From: Lingula anatina
Lineage: Eukaryota > Animalia > Brachiopoda
Reading direction: 5' to 3'
Length of the DNA: 64,000 bases
Assembly: GCA_051362555.1 (NCBI GenBank)
Contig: CM120641.1
Location: forward strand, 12,338,001-12,402,000
Each line of letters opens with the position of its first letter. The stretch's first letter is position 1. A model generated the notes under the pieces. The model was not told where the DNA came from. It was given only the letters and a program-made list of their open reading frames with translations, and did not search any database. The translations under genes and the position numbers were made by a program. This document shows positions 58,601 to 64,000 of this stretch, piece after piece.

Positions 58601-61173
58601 ATTAGCATAGTTGTACACTTCCCACTGCTTACCAGTTGCAACCATTGCTTTATAGTGTCAGTCCTAGCAGTACCTATTGTGGTTAGACTTTAAGTTTTTA
58701 GTAAACAATATCATTCCAGTGTATTGTGACCAACACTATATGTTAAAAAAAGCAATGGCTCAGCAATGCCAGCTATTGCTGAGAACTTTGCTACAAAAGT
58801 TTTTTTTTTTTTTTTTTGTAAACCTTTAAGGTAGTTTTTTAGATGTATAGATTTGTTTTCTTTTTAGTAGTTATCTATTGTCTAATTGTGATTCCAATAC
58901 ATGTAGAATTAGTCCACTATTGGTTAAATTCTTGGTGTAATTAGTAGCAGTTGTTGTACTATATTGTGTATATTAATACATAAGTGGATAACTTGGTAGT
59001 TTTGCATTCACCTTTACTTTATGCATGTTTTGTGTAATTTTCTTATGTATATGCTTCTTTGGAACCACCATTTACCCATAGAACTCTTTTGTTTTGTAAT
59101 TTTTTACACTAATAATGTGTTAGAAGTACTTGTATTCATTTATACATTGAGAATATTTTTTAAGTACTTGTATTCATTTTTTAAATCAGAAGTAAACACA
59201 AGGTATATGTGTTAAATTATATATTAGGATACAAATTATTTGGTATATTTTGCATGACTATAGAGTTAACACATAGAAAATTCAATTTTGCACCTAATTA
59301 ACCTAAACCTATTTCTATATATATCTGTGTGAACTAAAACAACCACTGTGTATGACTTATTTTTATCTACTAACAATTCTAAAAGAGAGTGAGGCCAGCC
59401 AGGATTTGAGACCTGAAGTCAAAATATCTGTAGCTTCTTCTGGGGGCACACTAAATGGTGACACAGGAAATGCAGCAGATATTGAAAATGACACATCAAA
59501 GGAAGACCAGCTCAGTCTGAGTGACCATCCCAGTGACACAGATGTGTTAGAGGAGACAGATCAGAATGATGACACAATGAACAGAGACGGGGTGGACACC
59601 CCTCCCTCTGCAAGTTCCAGTCCATTGCAACAAGAGAGAATATCACGCACCAGTATTGTGCAGACCACATACGGAGAGCTTTCACAAGGTTTTGCTGCTG
59701 TAGTCATATTATGTAGTTGATGTTGTAGCATTATACATGCATTGGTGGAAGAATTTAATTTTGCTTCATGTACAGGATCATGTTTGTTATAGTTCTTTTA
59801 GGTTAATGTACCAGTAGTTAACATTTGCCACATGTCCATAATCACTAGACTTTTACTAAATGTGTAAGTCTAAAATGTGATGTGTGATTTGATAAATGTC
59901 ATAACATAGACTACATGTGCTGTAGGATATAAGTTGTAGAATTCTTTTGGAGACTCAGCACCCAGCTCCCTTTTGGTCATATGTATATGTATAGATTTGT
60001 GAATAATGTAACTTTAACTGAAAAAGATATTCAGCAGTCCTTGTGAAGAAATTAAAAGATATCAAAAAATAGAACAGATGAATTTTTTAAAGTCAAAATG
60101 CACAGACAAGAAAATGGGGCAGAATTTTGATTAAACTGTAGTATGATGCATGCAGATTAGAGCATGTTTGTAGATGGTTTTAATACAGGTGGCTTTGTAT
60201 ATATATATAGTTGCAGCATAAGGTATACCTGTTATGGTCTGTAAAGCAGTAAAAATCTAGGATAGGCTATATGTGTCTCAGGGCATATGAACTGTAACAT
60301 TGGCCTTGCTTGAAAGACAGATATTATTGCTAGCACAGTTGGTTTGCATGTTACTCCATTATTTATAGGATATTTGCATACTCTTTAATCTCTTGTGTGT
60401 CCTCATGTTATTTCCATATATTTTCATTTTGTTTTGATTTCTGTGAAATGTAGTGCATGCAAAGTTTTAGTTACATTTTGACCATATCAACTGACATTAT
60501 TGTTGAAGTTATGTATATTTAGTACTAGTTAATAGCAATATTGACTCTTTAAATTTTTCAGATCTTAGTTTTATACTGTCATTTTCAAGCAGCCATTCAT
60601 TTTTTTCTGTTTGTTGTTTAGGTGAGAAAGAACCAGATAAAGCAGAGGATAAACCTGAGACAGATGCAGATAATCAAACAGGTATGTAGACTTATTCATG
60701 CTATTATTAAAGGCAGATAATGCAGGGATGTTAATGTAGGTATTGAGTAATAAATGTTTTTTTTTTCCAAAAGGATTATTTAAAAAATATTTGTCAGCTC
60801 AATATCACATGCTAAAGGAATAAGCTTTTCTAGATGACAAATGTACATACCATAGTAACTGTCGTCTTTTGTAAAGTACATGCGGCATAAATAATTTTAT
60901 ATTTCTGAGGACACTTACATTGTTTTTTCTTGACACCCAAAACAAAATCTCCTCAATAATTTTGAAAATTTTAGTTCTGTATAAAATAACTGATAGGAAT
61001 ATTTTATTGTCTCTCCAAATAATCAATTTTCTGGCATACTTAGTATCTTTCATTTGTGATAGAATGAGCCAAGCAATTTATTTATCTTATTATCTGTTCC
61101 AGATAAGCCAGCCACAGAGGAGTCTTCCTTAGAGCCCCAGACTAAAGTCACAGAACAAACTAAGGAGGAGTAG
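49891..61173 (+). CDS. TTC25: Outer dynein arm docking complex subunit 4 (TPR protein TTC25). Exons 49891-50013 (or alternative 50502-50675), 52125-52256, 52646-52799, 53148-53209, [53475-53486], 54073-54244, [54792-54977], 55873-56085, 56353-56560, 56789-56875, 57328-57524, 57799-57933, 58368-58580, [59386-59688], 60622-60681, 61103-61173. Bracketed exons are tentative
   Basis: TPR repeats. LVSRSKC, GDFETALVFYHRG, QEAINNSIG, KLENKGDLSF, TVKQLLGELYADKEFLE and FWLQQKPIYAR match TTC25/ODAD4 as I recall it. The C-terminal exons are acidic and low-complexity. Confidence 0.92.
52448..52631. repeat. (TTA)n microsatellite at about 52448-52480 and (TA)n at about 52582-52631
   Basis: Directly visible. 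Confidence 0.95.
55561..55713. repeat. Degenerate ~39-bp minisatellite, about 4 units
   Basis: TGTAATATTTACTTTCTAA...CACCAATATAATAT recurs at about 39-bp spacing. Confidence 0.8.
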
Positions 61174-62991
61174 CCCTGAAAACCATATCAGCCATTAAGA
61201 CTGTGAAACTCAAGTATGAAACAATGTTTATGGACTAAACAACTCATCTGAGAGGCAGCTAACACTGTGCAGTATATCTATTTCTGATTTAGTAAAATTT
61301 GCCTCATGCTCACAACTGCATTGCTGTGTACTGTTGTAATGATTGTCATAGTATTGTAGTCTCTGATTGGTATGTTGAATTTTCAAAACACCAGTTTTTA
61401 CCAGGATAACCTATTTCTCAAAGACATACAAATAAGTTTAATTGGCACAGTGATGCAGGTTTATAATCTGAAGTATGTATACAAAAGCAAATGTCTTTTT
61501 TTTTGTATTGTGGATGACTTAATCTAGTCTCAAACAAATATATATACTTCAGTACAACCAAACTTAACATGCAACTTTCACTGAAGCCAGGCCAGGTACT
61601 GTATGAAAAAGGCAGATCACTGAAGGTGAAAAATATCCTTATGGACTTGCATTCCATGACAAAAATATAATCATTGCACAAGAAAGAGACATTAGAATAT
61701 TATATATAATAATATAATGAATTTATATTAATAAATAAGTAGAAATAAGTTTCCTCCACACATTGACCTACTCGAACATACATGGTATGTCAGCAGTAAA
61801 ATAATGTATAAATCTGTAATACATTACCATAATACTGTATCCAGCAGTGAACCACAACAGTTAACCTTATGTAACTTGAAACATTTAAGTGACTACTACA
61901 TGGTTTAGTACAAGTGTAATATATTTTTGTTTCAAAGAGATAGTAAATATTTTATTTCTATGAAAATGATATACTATATATAATTTTTTAAGTTGTTTAA
62001 TGATGAAGTTTAATGATAAAAAGGAAGTTTTTCTTAATGTTGTATTTGGAGGTAAAAGTGTTAGAAATGCTTGCGCCCTGTGGTGGAAATAACTGATGAA
62101 GATAAGTGTTACCATAATGTCCATTTGAAGCTATGATGTACTTTTCAGGAAGTTTTGTTGAAAGAATATAATATACACATAATTTTTGTATTAATTTTTG
62201 TATTTACTCTTAACTACAGCTTATGTTCTTTATGATACTATTATATGCATTGCTCAATTCTATCAAATATTATATGAATTAATCAAAATATGTGTGGCAA
62301 TATTTTATCTGTATGCAGCTCTGTCCAACAGTTTACATGATATATGTAACATGATATTTAAGTGCAATTCTGTTACATGTGCACCTTTGCTTTATCTTGA
62401 TTATAATGCAATATATATTACCTGTAGTTTAAATTAATATCCTTCATACAAATATTTTATATATGAAAATTTTAGGGAGGGATAGTAAGAAGTGTATTTT
62501 ATGGCACAATAATGTCTATGATTTTTACTTAAGATGTCATAAACATTTTCCTATTATTCTCCATATTTGTCCAGATATTATTATTATTCCATATCTAGTT
62601 TACTCCGTCCAAAGAAATAAACATGATTATTTTGCATCACTAATAGCTTGTTATGAGTTGTGTTTTGACATGTGTTAAAATGATTAATGAATTAACAAGC
62701 ACCTACAAATGAAAATGCATTTGAGGGACATTAGTTCCTAGAAAATAAACAAGGCAGCCGAGCTGTCAAATGTACAGAAAAAAAGCAGATAATAATAATA
62801 ATAATAATAATGCACAAAATAGGATAATATAATATAATCATAACATGGACATTTAAAAATTTGATTTTCACTGGGCTTCATGCACATTGGAGTTCGAAGC
62901 CCCACAATGAAAATGCCAATGTGTGAAAGATGAAAAATTTACAAAAATGTACAACAGAAAAATATGCCAAGTAGACTGCTTTTCAACCCAG

Positions 62992-63485
62992 GCTGCATTT
63001 TAGTCCTGTGTTTCTTTCCTGTGAGTTTAAGAAGAGTGATATGTTTTTTTTTTTTTTTTTTTCAATGGTCACTATGGAGGCAGTGCCCAAAATCGGGTTT
63101 TCTTCATTTTTGATGCAATATTCAATATGCTAAAATGCATAATGACCATCAATTTTAATAATGAAATTAAAGTAACATGGATATTCAGAAAATGTGACTA
63201 GCAAAGGTATTCAAGCCCATGGAAGTTCAAAGTCACACCTTGAAAATGTCGACATGAAAAATTTAATTCTAACAAAAAACTATATTATCTCCAGAAATGT
63301 TAACCAACAAAACAGTTTTTCTAATTTAAGCTGTATTTTAGTCCTGTGTTACAGTACTTTTCTGTAAGTTTAAGAAGAGTAAGTGACATGGTTTTCCTTT
63401 AATGGTCACTATGGAGGCAATGCCAAAAATAGGATTTTCTTCATTTTTGATGCAATATTACATAATGCTTAACAGCATAATAACT
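62992..63485. repeat. Diverged direct duplication (~150-bp core, ~340-bp spacing)
   Basis: TTTTAGTCCTGTGTT...TTTAAGAAGAGT...AATGGTCACTATGGAGGCA...TTTTCTTCATTTTTGATGCAATATT occurs twice. Confidence 0.8.
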
Positions 63486-64000
63486 GTTCGTTTTGGCCAA
63501 AAAATGAATTTTCCTGGAGCAAACAATTTTCCCATACTTACCAATGGTTAATGAATCCATTTCTACATTCAAAGTTAGTCCCTTATTTTTTTCTAAAAAG
63601 TTTTTTTTTTTTGTGATAATCTCTTGAGAATAATAAAAATACCAAAAATTTTTGGGACCCTTTGGCAGGCCCCTAACCCAATGCCAAGTGGGGGTGTGTG
63701 GGGTGTGGAGATCTGTGGAGGGTTGGCTTACCGTCTACAGACCCCCCCCCCCCCTTCAAATAATTCTGGATCCGCCTGTCATGCCAGATTTCAATGGGGA
63801 CATTCAGAATAGATGAACCAAGTACTAACTGATCCACCAACTAAATATGGCCGACCATACTTCAAAAGTGATGCCACTTGTGCTATTAAACAAATTAAAT
63901 CTCGGCACTGTTAAAAGCGTTCTCAAAATGTAACATTTGAACACGTAAAAAGTGTTCTGAATTTACATGTAAATGTGTTCTAAACAAAAAAAAAAAAAAA

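Noticed and set aside
63740-63780. CCCCTTCAAATAATTCTGGATCCGC motif shared with about 42150-42185
   Set aside because: Likely one end of a common short interspersed element. The other end could not be defined confidently.

Overview
AT-rich eukaryotic genomic DNA with GT-AG introns. It is probably from a lophotrochozoan, likely a mollusc; this is inferred from gene content and repeat families. I assembled seven host genes by hand from exons. They are WDR86 (-, continues beyond the window start), a complete 5-exon furin-type Spaetzle/cystine-knot ligand gene (-), UBE2E (-), an intronless TNF-receptor-like gene (+) with NF-kB sites, a 17-coding-exon Enhancer of zeste gene (EZH1/2, +), an uncharacterised 120-aa gene (-), and TTC25/ODAD4 (+) with two alternative first exons. 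The most notable feature is an apparently intact 5.5-kb autonomous ISL2EU (PHIS superfamily) transposon at 43899-49404, with TIRs and an AT target-site duplication. It encodes a THAP-HTH-DDE transposase and a convergent SWIM-YqaJ exonuclease protein ending in an ING-type PHD finger, and it sits right beside a bidirectional promoter. Three Helentron/HINE-type elements in and after the EZH gene carry 146-bp satellite arrays. Two of them also carry a nested palindromic IS3EU-like MITE, and the third shows the empty site. Several other MITEs have visible TSDs. Coordinates were counted by eye and may be off by a few bases.
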